DNA of 64,000 nucleotides from the NCBI GenBank assembly GCA_963833555.1, contig CAWHYB010000007.1:468274-532273 (forward strand), written 5' to 3'. Position 1 is the first letter of the stretch. Each line of letters opens with the position of its first letter. A model generated the notes under the pieces. It was not told the DNA's origin, did no database searches, and saw nothing but the letters and a program-made list of their open reading frames with translations. The DNA comes from an uncultured Actinomycetes bacterium (GTDB lineage: Bacteria; Actinomycetota; Thermoleophilia; UBA2241). Made by a program: the position numbers and the translations under genes. Below, piece by piece: positions 42,518 through 54,171 of the stretch.

Positions 42518-42638
42518 AGCCGGCTCGGGCCGGCACCGCTCAGTGCGCGATCGCAGCGCCCACGCCGTCCCCGGCGGAGCCGCTGCCGGGCGCGGCAGCA
42601 GGGCCGCGAGGGCCGGCACCGCCAGCGGCAGCGCGGCG
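42518..42638 (-). repeat. Diverged copy of the 3' end of the Fsr-like MFS gene (14172-14292)
   Basis: 121-nt ungapped match with about 11 mismatches counted by eye; stop TGA changed to TGC. Confidence 0.85.
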
Positions 42639-42739
42639 CCCTTCGCGACGACACAGGTCTTCAAGACAGGTCGTCGCCCAGCAGCAGGCTCGTTAGCAGC
42701 GCCTCACGCCGCTGCCGATACCGATGCCGTACCGGCTGG

Positions 42740-42964
42740 CTACTCGTCGAGCAGCCGCACCTCGTCCCACTTGCTCTCCGGCAGGACTATCTGGAACGCA
42801 GGCTGGCTTCCAGGCGGAGCGGCCTCGAGCAGCAGTGTCGCCTGCAGCTCGTCGAGCGGCACGATCGTGTCGCGTTCTCTGCGGAGCGCATGGTGAGCAA
42901 GACGAGTCACTCGCCACCTCTTGCCCTCGTAGAGGACGAGGTCTCCGACCCCTAGCTTCGCCAT
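42740..42964 (-). CDS. Small hypothetical protein
   Basis: GAGGAG RBS; MAKLGVGDLVLYEGKRWRV (KOW/SH3-like start). Confidence 0.55.
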   Translation of the reverse strand: MAKLGVGDLVLYEGKRWRVTRLAHHALRRERDTIVPLDELQATLLLEAAPPGSQPAFQIVLPESKWDEVRLLDE

Positions 42965-43144
42965 CGATCTCCTCTCGCTCTCCTGGAAGTATCGGTCGGG
43001 CAGCCGCCCCCCACGCTGGGTGATTCGTCTAGCTTCGTGACGGACCCGCCGACGAGGGGGTGTGTTCACCGGCATAATGCCGAGGCAAGCGCACTTGAAT
43101 GCCGACACGTGTCTAGGAACGAGCGACGGCCGTCGCTTCTGCAC

Positions 43145-44150
43145 TCAGCGGATGTCGGCGAGTTCGACGGCTCGGCCCGAGGCGGCACTCTCGATGATCG
43201 CCTCGAGCACGGCGGCGACCTCCAGGGCCTCCGCAGCCCCGGTCTCGGGCTTCGTCACCGCTGCGCGACGCAGCGCGCGAACTCCGCCAGCTCGTCCGCC
43301 ACCGTGTCGAGGCGTTGCCACGTCGAGCTGGGTTCGGCCGACCTCTCCGGCCCTCTGCACGAACAGGCTGGCGCCGTCGTCTTCGTTCCAGGCGTTGCCG
43401 TCTGTGCCGTAGACGCCCAGGGAGACGACCGCAGGGCGAAGTAGGACGTGGTGATCGACCCGACGGGGCCGCGCTCGTACTCGATGAGGACGGATGTCGC
43501 CTCGTCGAGCTTCGTGCTTGCCCATGATCTGCTTGCTGAAGGCGACGACGCGCTTGGCGGGCCCCGCAAGGTAGTGGAAGGTGTCGACCGTGTGGATGCC
43601 GAGCGCGGTCATCGCGCCGGCGGGGCACTCCGCCGGGTCGAGTCGCCAAGGCGCGATGCCGCCCGGTTCGTCGCCGCCGGGTTGGTGTGCACCCCGTCGA
43701 GCTGCAGCACGGTGCCCAGCTCTCCGCCGTCGATCATCGCCTTGATGCGACGATTGGCCGGCTGACGGCGGCGGTTGTGGCCCACCTGAAGGACGACTCT
43801 TGGCCTTCTCCGTCACCTCGGCCGCCCGTTTCGCCTCGGCCACCGTGAGCACAAGCGGCTTCTCGACGAAGATGTGCTTGCCGGCCGCCGCCGCCTCCTC
43901 GACCAGCGCCAAGGTGGGTGGAATGCGGAGTCGCGATCAGGATGGCCTCCACCTCCGGATCGCCGAGCATCGCCGCGAGGCTCTGCGCCGCCCGACAGCC
44001 GTGCTCGACGGCGAAGGCGTCCCGCCGCTCGGGGACGAGGTCGAAACACGACACGAACTCGGCCGCGCCGCTCTTGCGCGCGCCGGCCACCCGCACGCCG
44101 CCGAACCACCCGACGCCGACCAAACCGATCCGGACCTTCTCTTCCTGCAT
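43145..44150 (-). CDS. Gfo/Idh/MocA oxidoreductase, frameshifted
   Basis: RIGLVGVGWFG, IATPHSTH, GKHIFVEKP, GIHTVD. Confidence 0.9.
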
Positions 44151-44297
44151 GTCGACCGACCTCCTCCGCCGACTTCGACTTCCTCTCGCGCTCGCTTGCC
44201 TGTCGGACCCCCGCCCTGTCGTCGGCAGTGGACCATTCCTCATCTCTTCTGGCGCCCGCCCACGGCGAAGGTGGGTGCCAAATGCGGCCAGAGGCAT

Positions 44298-44315
44298 TGC
44301 ATTGTATATGATGCA
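44298..44315. promoter_or_regulatory. Candidate GntR-type operator
   Basis: TGCATTGTATATGATGCA, AT-rich imperfect palindrome upstream of the oxidoreductase. Confidence 0.5.
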
Positions 44316-44546
44316 CGATATCATTGGCCTGTCGGACTGGAGCGAGCCCGCTTGAGGCGCGCTCCTGCTACACCATGCCCTCAAGGATGAAGACGGCTGG
44401 GAAACGAGCCCCCCGTGGTTTCCCGGCACGAAGCGCGAGGATGGCTCCCTGAGCTACGACCCCTCAGGCGGGTGCCCAGAACCCTTGCGCGCGAGCGCCG
44501 GCCGCCTGCCACCAGACAGGCGGCCGGTCTCGTTCAAGATCGATGC

Positions 44547-44762
44547 GACAGTCAGCAGACGGTCCTCAAAGGACCGTGAGGGCACGTACCGCACCCGCTG
44601 GCCGCCGCCGGCCTGTCCGGCCAGTGCCGTCGGGGTGTCCAAGGCGACGATTCGTCCCTCGTCAAGCAGCGCCACGCGATCACAGAGCCGCTCGGCCTCA
44701 TCCATGTAGTGGGTCACCAAGACGACGGTGACGTCCCGATCGCGTACGCCCTCGATCAGTTC
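44547..44762 (-). pseudogene. Internal fragment of an ABC ATPase
   Basis: VTVVLVTHYMDEAERLCDRVALLDEGRIVALDTP; no Walker A or B. Confidence 0.82.
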
Positions 44763-44960
44763 CGCGGCCTGGCCACCTCGACCCCCTGTCCCCTGGGACG
44801 CTTGCCTTCGAACGGTACCCGAGGGGTGTTAGTGGACCGTTAGTCGTGTCGCGCAAGACCCGCGCAGAGGTCTGCGAAACAGGTGCAGGGCGTCGTCCAT
44901 GCGCACGTGCAGCGACTCTTGGTGAGCAGCCGACACAGAGCCGACGCCGGGTCAGGCTGT

Positions 44961-44994
44961 GGGCGGGGGTGAGGCGAACGCCTCACCTCCGCCC
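44961..44994 (-). terminator. Hairpin terminator of the FG-GAP gene
   Basis: GGGCGGGGGTGAGGCG-AA-CGCCTCACCTCCGCCC, 10 nt past the stop. Confidence 0.7.
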
Positions 44995-45004
44995 TGTGGC
45001 TTCG

Positions 45005-48000
45005 CTAGTCGCGGCGATGCACCCTGCGGGCCGAGTTGCGCAGGGGGGCATGCAGGGCCCGTACTCCCGAGCTCCCGCCGCCCGAGATCGTCACCTGACA
45101 GACGCGGTAGCCGACCTGCACGTTGCCGGCGGCGTCGATCGCGTAGTAGCGCAGGGTGTGGGAGTCTGCGCCGGCGATCGTGACCGGCAGGCCGGCGCCC
45201 CCCGGGTAGGGCGCCGACACCCAGGTCGAGCCGTCGAGCGAGTACCAGATGGTGGCCACCCCGGAGAAGGCGTCGGTCCCCAGGAGGTGCACGGTCACGG
45301 GACCTGTCTGTGGCGTGGACGCGGCGTCGTCCGAGGAGGTCGGCGCGGAGCTGTCGATCAGCACTGTGGCGCTCTCGGTCGCCTCGAGGTTACCGGCCGC
45401 GTCTGTGGAGCGATAGAGCACCCCATAGCTTCCCGAGCCTCCGCCCCGCTTCCAGGCGGCGAAGGGAACACTCGTGCCCGTCACCCAGGTGGTGCCACCG
45501 TCGGTCGAGTACTGGGTGGTGGCCGCACCGCCGCTCATGCCCGAGTGGCTGCCGTCGGCGCCCAGGGGGTCGATCGGGGTCAGCTGCAGGGTCCAGGGAC
45601 CGGGGTGCCAGGTGGCGACCCCGCCAGGGCTGGCGTTGTCGGTAGTCACCGGCGCCATGGCGTCGATCTTCACACCGATGGTCTGAACTTTCTCGACGTT
45701 GCCGGCATTGTCGGTCGAGCGGTAGGAGATGCTGTGGATGCCGTCGCCGCTCACCGCCACGGTGGTTCCGCTCGACCAGCTCGTGGCGCCGTCGACCCTG
45801 TACTGGGTGGAGGCCACTCCCGAGCCGCCGGGATCCGACGGCGTGAGGGTGACCGTCAAACCCGAGGCCTGCCAGTCGGCGGGGGCGTCATCGCTGGTGA
45901 CGGGCGCAGTCGTGTCCAGGGTGATCGAGTCAGCAAGGTCGAGCAGCTGTCCGGAGGCGTTACGATACTGGGCCTGGACGGTCTTGGAGCCGTCGCCGGC
46001 AGGCAGCGTCCACAGGGCCCGATCGGAGTAGGCCTGCCAGGAATCCCAACTAGCGCCCGAGTCGCGGAACCGCATCTGCGTAGCGCCGCTGACTGTCGAG
46101 TCGATCTCTGCCAGCCTCGAGTTCGTGGCGTCAGCGCCGCCAAGAAGCAGCATCGTACCCACTGGCCCAGGCCCTTGGTTGAGTAGCACGGAGACCGTGT
46201 TGGCATTGTAGTTTGCCGTCACCAAGTCGAGTCTGCCGTCGTTGTTGACGTCGCCGACGGCCACGCCGTAGGGGTTGGCGCCCGTGAGAAGGTCGGTCTT
46301 GGCGCCGAAACTGCCGGTGCCGGTTCCCAGCAGCACGCTGACTGTGTATGAGTTGGTGTTCGAGGTGACCAGGTCGAGTTTGCCATCGGTGTTGACGTCG
46401 CCGAGGGCGACGGAGATCGGATTGGAGTCGGTGGCGAAGTCGGTCTTGGCCGCGAAGCCGCCGTCGCCGTTGCCGAGCAGGACGCTGACAGTGTTGTCGT
46501 TGAAATTAGCCGTCGCCACGTCGAGATTGCCGTCGCTGTTGAGGTCACCGACGGCAATGGCGTACGGGTTGGCGCCGGTGACAAAGTCGCTCTTGGCAGC
46601 GAATCCGCCGTCGCCGTTGCCGAGCAGAACGCTGACAGTGTTGAGGCCGCGGTTGGCCGTCGCCACGTCGAGCCTGCCGTCGCCGTTGAAGTCGCCGACG
46701 GCCACACCGAACGGGTGGCTGCCGGTGGCGAAGTCGGTCTTGGCGGCGAAACCACCGCTGCCGTTGCCCAGCAGGACGCTGATCGTGCTGTCGCCCCAGT
46801 TGGCCGTCGCCACGTCGAGCGTGCCGTCGCCGTTGAAGTCGCCGAGAGCGACCAGACAGGGGGCTGTGCCGGTGGCGAAGTCGGTCTTGGCGGCGAAGCC
46901 GCCGTCGCCGTTGCCCAGCAACACGCTGATCGTGGCGGAGTGTTGTTGGCCGTCACCAGGTCGGGCTTGCCATCGCCGTTGAAGATCGCCGACCGCCACG
47001 ACGTAGGGGTTGGCGCCGGTTGGCGTAGTCGGTCTTGGCGACGAAGCCGCCATTACCCTTGCCCAGCAAGGACGCTGACCGTGCTGGCGGCGATGTTCGC
47101 CGTCGCCAGGTCGAGCTTGCCGTCGCCGTTGAAGTCGCCGGACGGCGACCGACCATCCTGGCCCCGCGCCGGTGGCGAACTCGGATGGGGCGACGAACCC
47201 TCCGGCGCCGTTCCCCAACAGCACGCTGGCCGTGGCAGCGTTGAAGTTCGCCGTCGCCAAGTCGAGCTTGCCGTCGCCGTTCAGGTCGGCGAGGGCCACG
47301 GACGCTGGAACGCTGCCCACGGGGAAGTCGGTATTGGCGGCGAAGCTACCGGCGCCATTGCCCAGCAGCACGCTGACGCTGCCGTGGTAATCGGAGTCCG
47401 ACGTCACCAGGTCGAGCTTGCCGTCGCCGTTGACGTCGCCTACGGCGACCGAACTCGGCTCCGTCCCGGTGGCGAAGCCGGCCCTGGCGGCGAACGTCCC
47501 GTCGCCGTGGCCCAGAAACACGCTGACGGTGCCGCTCGAGTATTGGTCGGCGGTCACGATGTCGAGCTTGCCGTCGCGATTGAAGTCGCCCACAGCCACG
47601 GAATCCGGGTTGATGCCCGCGGTGAGATCCACGGCGTCGGTGAAGCCGCCGGCGCCGTCGCCGAGGAACACGCTGACGGTGCCGGAGCCGTTGTTCATCA
47701 CCGCCAGATCCTTCTTGCCGTCGCGGTTGAAGTCGCCTTCGGCCACGGACACCGGGTAGCGGCCGGTGGCGAAGTCGGTCTTGGCGGCGAAGCTGCCGTC
47801 GCCGTGGCCCAGCAGCACGCTCATGGTGCCGGAGTAATCGCGGTTCGCCGTCACCAGGTCGAGGCTGCCGTCGCCGTTGACATCGCCGACGGCGACCGAC
47901 CACGGGCTCGTTCCGGTCGCGAAGTCCGTCTTGGCGGCGAAGCCGCCGGCGCCATTGCCCAACAGGACGCTGACCGTGCTGGCGTCGTTCGTCGTCACCA

Positions 48001-48316
48001 GGTCGAGCTTGCCGTCGCCGTTGAAGTCGCTCACGGCCACGCTGCGCGGACCCGAGCCGGTCGCGAAGTCGGTCTTGGCCGCGAAGCCGCCGGCGCCGTC
48101 TCCCAGCAGCACGCTGACCGTACTGAAGGCTGCGTTCGCCGTTACCATGTCTGGCTTGCCGTCGCCGTTGAAGTCGGCCACGGCCACGCAGTACGGGTTG
48201 CCGCCGACCTTGGGCGGTTGCCCCGAGAAGGCGAGCGCCCACGCGCTCGATGGAACAGCGCAGACGGCGGCCAGGCAGATCGCAAGCGCGAGCAGAGCGA
48301 CGAGACGACGAGACAT
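45005..48316 (-). CDS. Secreted FG-GAP/VCBS-repeat protein (14 repeats) with C-terminal Ig-like domains
   Basis: Signal peptide; 14 x VAVGDFNGDGKLDLVT, two of them in a compensated frameshift at about 46.95-47.15 kb; D..APVT/YRSTD.AGN.E modules. Confidence 0.9.
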   Translation of the reverse strand: MSRRLVALLALAICLAAVCAVPSSAWALAFSGQPPKVGGNPYCVAVADFNGDGKPDMVTANAAFSTVSVLLGDGAGGFAAKTDFATGSGPRSVAVSDFNGDGKLDLVTTNDASTVSVLLGNGAGGFAAKTDFATGTSPWSVAVGDVNGDGSLDLVTANRDYSGTMSVLLGHGDGSFAAKTDFATGRYPVSVAEGDFNRDGKKDLAVMNNGSGTVSVFLGDGAGGFTDAVDLTAGINPDSVAVGDFNRDGKLDIVTADQYSSGTVSVFLGHGDGTFAARAGFATGTEPSSVAVGDVNGDGKLDLVTSDSDYHGSVSVLLGNGAGSFAANTDFPVGSVPASVALADLNGDGKLDLATANFNAATASVLLGNGAGGFVAPSEFATGAGPGWSVAVRRLQRRRQARPGDGEHRRQHGQRPCWARVMAASSPRPTTPTGANPYVVAVGDLQRRWQARPGDGQQHSATISVLLGNGDGGFAAKTDFATGTAPCLVALGDFNGDGTLDVATANWGDSTISVLLGNGSGGFAAKTDFATGSHPFGVAVGDFNGDGRLDVATANRGLNTVSVLLGNGDGGFAAKSDFVTGANPYAIAVGDLNSDGNLDVATANFNDNTVSVLLGNGDGGFAAKTDFATDSNPISVALGDVNTDGKLDLVTSNTNSYTVSVLLGTGTGSFGAKTDLLTGANPYGVAVGDVNNDGRLDLVTANYNANTVSVLLNQGPGPVGTMLLLGGADATNSRLAEIDSTVSGATQMRFRDSGASWDSWQAYSDRALWTLPAGDGSKTVQAQYRNASGQLLDLADSITLDTTAPVTSDDAPADWQASGLTVTLTPSDPGGSGVASTQYRVDGATSWSSGTTVAVSGDGIHSISYRSTDNAGNVEKVQTIGVKIDAMAPVTTDNASPGGVATWHPGPWTLQLTPIDPLGADGSHSGMSGGAATTQYSTDGGTTWVTGTSVPFAAWKRGGGSGSYGVLYRSTDAAGNLEATESATVLIDSSAPTSSDDAASTPQTGPVTVHLLGTDAFSGVATIWYSLDGSTWVSAPYPGGAGLPVTIAGADSHTLRYYAIDAAGNVQVGYRVCQVTISGGGSSGVRALHAPLRNSARRVHRRD

Positions 48317-48772
48317 GACTCCCCCTAACCGACGGACGCAACGCCCTGGTGCCTTGATGATACAGCTACGAAGAGGCGAAGCTAGGACCGGGTCACCCGT
48401 CACGGGTTCCCGTGTTGTGTCTCGGAGCGCTAATTGCGGCGGCTGCAGGGAGTTATGCGGGGTGGCCGACAGCCTGCCGACGAGCCATGCGACAATCTTG
48501 AGCGTTGTGTGGGCTCGCGAAAGAGTCACGGAGCAGTCGCCGCCATCTCGCCGGCTGGGTCATTGAGTCCAAGGGCGATCTCGGCGAGCCCGCCCGCCGC
48601 CACTTCTGCCCCAGCGCGGCCGGCGACCCGCGCTCGCGACCGCCACGACCGCGTCCCCCTAGTAGTGTCATAGAGGACTTTCAGTTCGCATGCATGACAC
48701 GACGGCCCTCTGGGAATCTGCGGGACACACGTCGTCACGAGGAAACGGCGACACGGCAGCAGAGGTAGGGTC

Positions 48773-49096
48773 ATGGGCAGCAACAGACGCCATCCGTTCA
48801 CCACTCCCGTCGCGACAGCCGCAAGAGCAGGCAGCCGGAACTGGCATCGCGCAGGACGGGAGCAAGAGGCCTTGTCGCGCCTCTGGGGCATCGAGACCTG
48901 CGCCCGCTGCGGCACCACGATCATGCTGGGCGAACGGGGCGTGCGCCTGCGGCGTGGCGAGCGCACGGCCATCGTCTGCCCGGAGTGCCTCGATCCGGCG
49001 CCGCCCGTCCCCACCTGGGTCGCGGCACCACGGCGCCTCAGCTCGATTCCCGTTCGCATCGGTCAGGCCGATGGCGAGGTCACGCGGGCGGCATAG
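48773..49096 (+). CDS. Small CxxC...CxxC (Zn-ribbon-like) protein
   Basis: ETCARCGTTI...IVCPECL. Confidence 0.6.
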   Translation: MGSNRRHPFTTPVATAARAGSRNWHRAGREQEALSRLWGIETCARCGTTIMLGERGVRLRRGERTAIVCPECLDPAPPVPTWVAAPRRLSSIPVRIGQADGEVTRAA

Positions 49097-49241
49097 GCAT
49101 GAGGCCAACGCTCGACCTCAGTGCACGACCCGGTTGGCAGGTGGGGACTGCCGGCTGTTCAGACTCTCACGCCGTGAGAAGCGAGGACAGGTAGTCCTGT
49201 CGTCGGAGCCAACGAAGACGGGCTGCTAGGTTTCGACGCGC

Positions 49242-49508
49242 TTGACCGAGAAGTCGCCGGACGAGCGCCCGCATGGCTTGGTCGTCGGACTCGACAAGCT
49301 CGGCGTCGAGGCCTTGTTTGACGATCTCATCATCGCGAGAGCAGCGCCTTCCTCGGCCAAGCTGACCGAGGTGCTTGGCGCGGCACCGCGCTACGGGAGC
49401 GTCAGGGTGGCGCGCCTCCTGGAGCACTGCCGCGTGAGCCCCACAAAGACCATCGGCGGCCTCTCGCCGCGCCAACGCCGCGAGCTCGTCGCAGCACTCG
49501 AGGAGTAG
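49242..49508 (+). CDS. Actinobacterial integration host factor (mIHF)-like H2TH protein with divergent N-terminus
   Basis: AKLTEVLGAAPRYGSVRVARLLEHCRVSPTKTIGGLSPRQRREL resembles the mIHF C-terminal half. Confidence 0.68.
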   Translation: MTEKSPDERPHGLVVGLDKLGVEALFDDLIIARAAPSSAKLTEVLGAAPRYGSVRVARLLEHCRVSPTKTIGGLSPRQRRELVAALEE

Positions 49509-49576
49509 CCTGACGCGGCAGCCTGGGGGTCCGACCTTCACGCCGGCGCCAGGGTCCATCGAAAAGGAGAAGCGAC

Positions 49577-49750
49577 ATGGAACCGCTGCGGGTGACGATG
49601 TGCCGCGCCAGGGAGACCAAGAACACGGTCCGCTACGAGGAACCGGAGAGTGACCAGCCCCTCGTGATCGGCACCCTCTACCTGCAGAAGTGGGCCGCCC
49701 ATCGCCTCGAGGATCCGGAGACGCTCACGATCACCATCGCGGGAGCCTGA
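49577..49750 (+). CDS. 57-aa conserved-looking small protein (below ORF-track cutoff)
   Basis: AAGGAG RBS; MEPLRVTMCRARETKNTVRYEEPESDQPLVIGTLYLQKWAAHRLEDPETLTITIAGA*; next gene starts 3 nt later. Confidence 0.75.
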   Translation: MEPLRVTMCRARETKNTVRYEEPESDQPLVIGTLYLQKWAAHRLEDPETLTITIAGA

Positions 49751-49753
49751 GAG

Positions 49754-50062
49754 ATGAACGCTGACGTGTCCGCAGGCGAGAGCGGGGTCGGCCTGCAGTT
49801 CTCCGTCTACCCGCTGCGGCAGGAGCATCTCCACGCAGCCATCGAGGCCGCTGTCCGAGCGGCCAGCGGAGCCGGCCTGGGCGTCACCGTGGGACAGCTG
49901 AGCAGCTTCGCCCCGGGGGATGAGGAGTCGGTCTTCGCCGGCGTGCGGGCGGCCTTTGACGCCGCCAGGTCGTTCGGACCGACCGTGATGGTCGTCACCC
50001 TCTCGAGCGGATTGCCGAGTGCCGCGACGGTCGCCGAGATCCAGGACGCTGCCACGACCTGA
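49754..50062 (+). CDS. YkoF-like thiamine/HMP-binding (ferredoxin-fold) protein
   Basis: QFSVYPLRQ...IEAAV...G.MS-like...GDEESVF...VMVVTLS. Confidence 0.75.
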   Translation: MNADVSAGESGVGLQFSVYPLRQEHLHAAIEAAVRAASGAGLGVTVGQLSSFAPGDEESVFAGVRAAFDAARSFGPTVMVVTLSSGLPSAATVAEIQDAATT

Positions 50063-50388
50063 GCGCCGCCCAGACAGGTCACCCGAACTGTGCGCCCTGG
50101 GAAACTGCCGCACAGGGCACCTCGCACCGACGCGCCGCCGACCAGGCGTCGGCCCTTCGTCTCCGCTGCTTTGACAGGCTCGTCCTCACCATGGTTCACG
50201 CCCGGGGGTGGACGTTGCTGCTGCGCTCAGGTTGGGCAGCGAAGGGCAACTCGGGGAGCTCGGGCTCCAAGAGGGCGGCAACCGCAGATCCCCATACCCC
50301 TCTGTCGGCTCAACGCCGGTTGAGCTCGACCGAACCGGGAGCCGGGGCTAGACTGCCCAGGGTGACGCCCTCAGGGTTTCGCGAGTGA

Positions 50389-52663
<2,275 letters not shown>

Positions 52664-52859
52664 TAGCTTGGCGACTGCGGATGTGGGCGGCTCCAGGCCG
52701 GGAGCCGCCGCACGAGGAGGGCACAAATCTTCGAAACGTGTCGGGAGCCTTCATTGTCGCCCGCTGCAGGCACTCCTTGCTTGGCGCCGACACGGCCGAC
52801 GGCAGACTCTGTGAAGCGGGCCCGAGGGGCACGCCACCCTCACCCCTGCACCCTTTGCG

Positions 52860-53166
52860 CTAGCGCCGCCGGTGTCCTGCCCGCCCGGTGTGACGCACCG
52901 CATGACGTCCATGTTGGCCGTGCGGGGTCAGGTGGGACCCCACGGTCGGAAGGTCGCTAGCTGCCTTCAGCGTGGCGCTCTGGCCGTCTGCGGCGATCGT
53001 CACCAGGCGGACGCTGTAGCCCGCCTGCGTGTTGCCGGCGCCATCGACGGCGTAGTAGCTCAGCGTGTGCGCGCCGACGCCCGAGACGGTCACGGCCAGG
53101 CCCTGGCCGCCGGGGTAGGCGGCCTGGGTCCAGGTGCCGCCGTCCAGGGAGTGCCAGATGTAGGCC
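52860..53166 (-). pseudogene. 3' fragment of an Ig-like surface protein paralogous to the 45 kb gene
   Basis: IWHSLDGGTWTQAAYPGG.GLAVTVSG.GAHTLSYYAVDGAGNTQAGY versus IWYSLDGSTWVSAPYPGG.GLPVTIAG.DSHTLRYYAIDAAGNVQVGY; internal TAG. Confidence 0.8.
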
Positions 53167-53167
53167 G

Positions 53168-53422
53168 CACCTCGAGCACATCCGCACCCGCCACTACGCC
53201 CCCGAGACCAACGGCGTCGTCGAGCGCTTCAACCGCTCGCTGAAGTACGAGTACCTCTGCCAGCGCGAGATCGCCACCGCGGCCGAGCTCGCCGAGGAGG
53301 TCGCCGCCTACCAACGAGATCAGGCCCCATCAGGCTCTCGGACAGTGCCGACCCCTCCTCGTTCACCGTGGAGACTCACACCTATATTCGGGCTAAGTGT
53401 CCAAGAAGCTTGACACCATACA
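53168..53422 (+). mobile_element. IS3/IS481-type transposase 3' remnant with probable terminal IR
   Basis: HIRTRHYAPETNGVVERFNRSLKYEYL...NEIRPHQALG; end AAGTGTCCAAGAAGCTTGACACCATACA. Confidence 0.82.
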
Positions 53423-53580
53423 CGCCGTAGTGAGGCGTCGTGTCAGCATTACGTCGGCGGCGAGAGTGACCGTTCTGGATCGACGGGCCCGAGCTCTTTG
53501 CGACCATGTTGAGCCGCGACTGCCCGAGCGGCAGAGCCGCGCGGCCTGCTCGCGAAACGCGTGCGGCGTGTAGCGGCCGC

Positions 53581-54171
53581 TCAGCTCCAGGCCTTGAGCG
53601 GTGCGCGCGCGACGCCGTAGTTCGAAGGCCAGACTCCGGTCGGGCAGAGCGTGAAGCACTCCTCGCACTGCGGGCACTCCTCCGCGGCCGCATCGGGCAG
53701 GAACATCACCTGCCGATCCACCCCTCTGCCGATGAAGCCGATGGCGTGCTTCCCCATCACTTCCGCGCAGTAGTTCACGCACAGACCGCAGAGGATGCAG
53801 AAGCTCGCGTCGACATCGAACTTGGTGCTGTCGACACCGTATCTGCTCCCGTATTCCCTGAGCACCTGCGCGTTCGGCGCGCAGGCCAGCAGCATCTCCA
53901 GGATCAGCTTGCGACCCTTCACCACGCGCTCGGACTCGGTCTGCACGACGAGTCCCTCTTCGACAGGGTAGGCGCAGGAGGCGACGAGTCGCAAGCGACC
54001 ACGTTTGGCAATCTCCACGGTGCACAGCCGGCAGGCGCCGAACGCACCTACCTGCTCATGGTGACAGAGAGTGGGAATGTCGACCCCCGCCTGCCGTGCC
54101 GCTTCGAGGATCGTCGTGCCCTCCTCGGCGGAGACGTCACGTCCATCGATGACCAGAGTCACATCACTCAT
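53581..54171 (-). CDS. HoxU/NuoG-N-terminal-like Fe-S subunit (no catalytic domain)
   Basis: IPTLCH...GACRLC..ASC 2Fe-2S; CILCGLCVNYC; CPQCEECFTLCPTG. Confidence 0.88.
   Translation of the reverse strand: MSDVTLVIDGRDVSAEEGTTILEAARQAGVDIPTLCHHEQVGAFGACRLCTVEIAKRGRLRLVASCAYPVEEGLVVQTESERVVKGRKLILEMLLACAPNAQVLREYGSRYGVDSTKFDVDASFCILCGLCVNYCAEVMGKHAIGFIGRGVDRQVMFLPDAAAEECPQCEECFTLCPTGVWPSNYGVARAPLKAWS

Noticed and set aside
46200-48200. About 150-nt periodic repeats as a CRISPR array or DNA-level repeat system
   Set aside because: They are in-frame FG-GAP coding repeats with synonymous variation; no cas genes and no repeat-spacer structure.
49508-49577. TPP riboswitch ahead of the YkoF-like gene
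   Set aside because: The CTGAGA and ACCTGA core motifs are absent.
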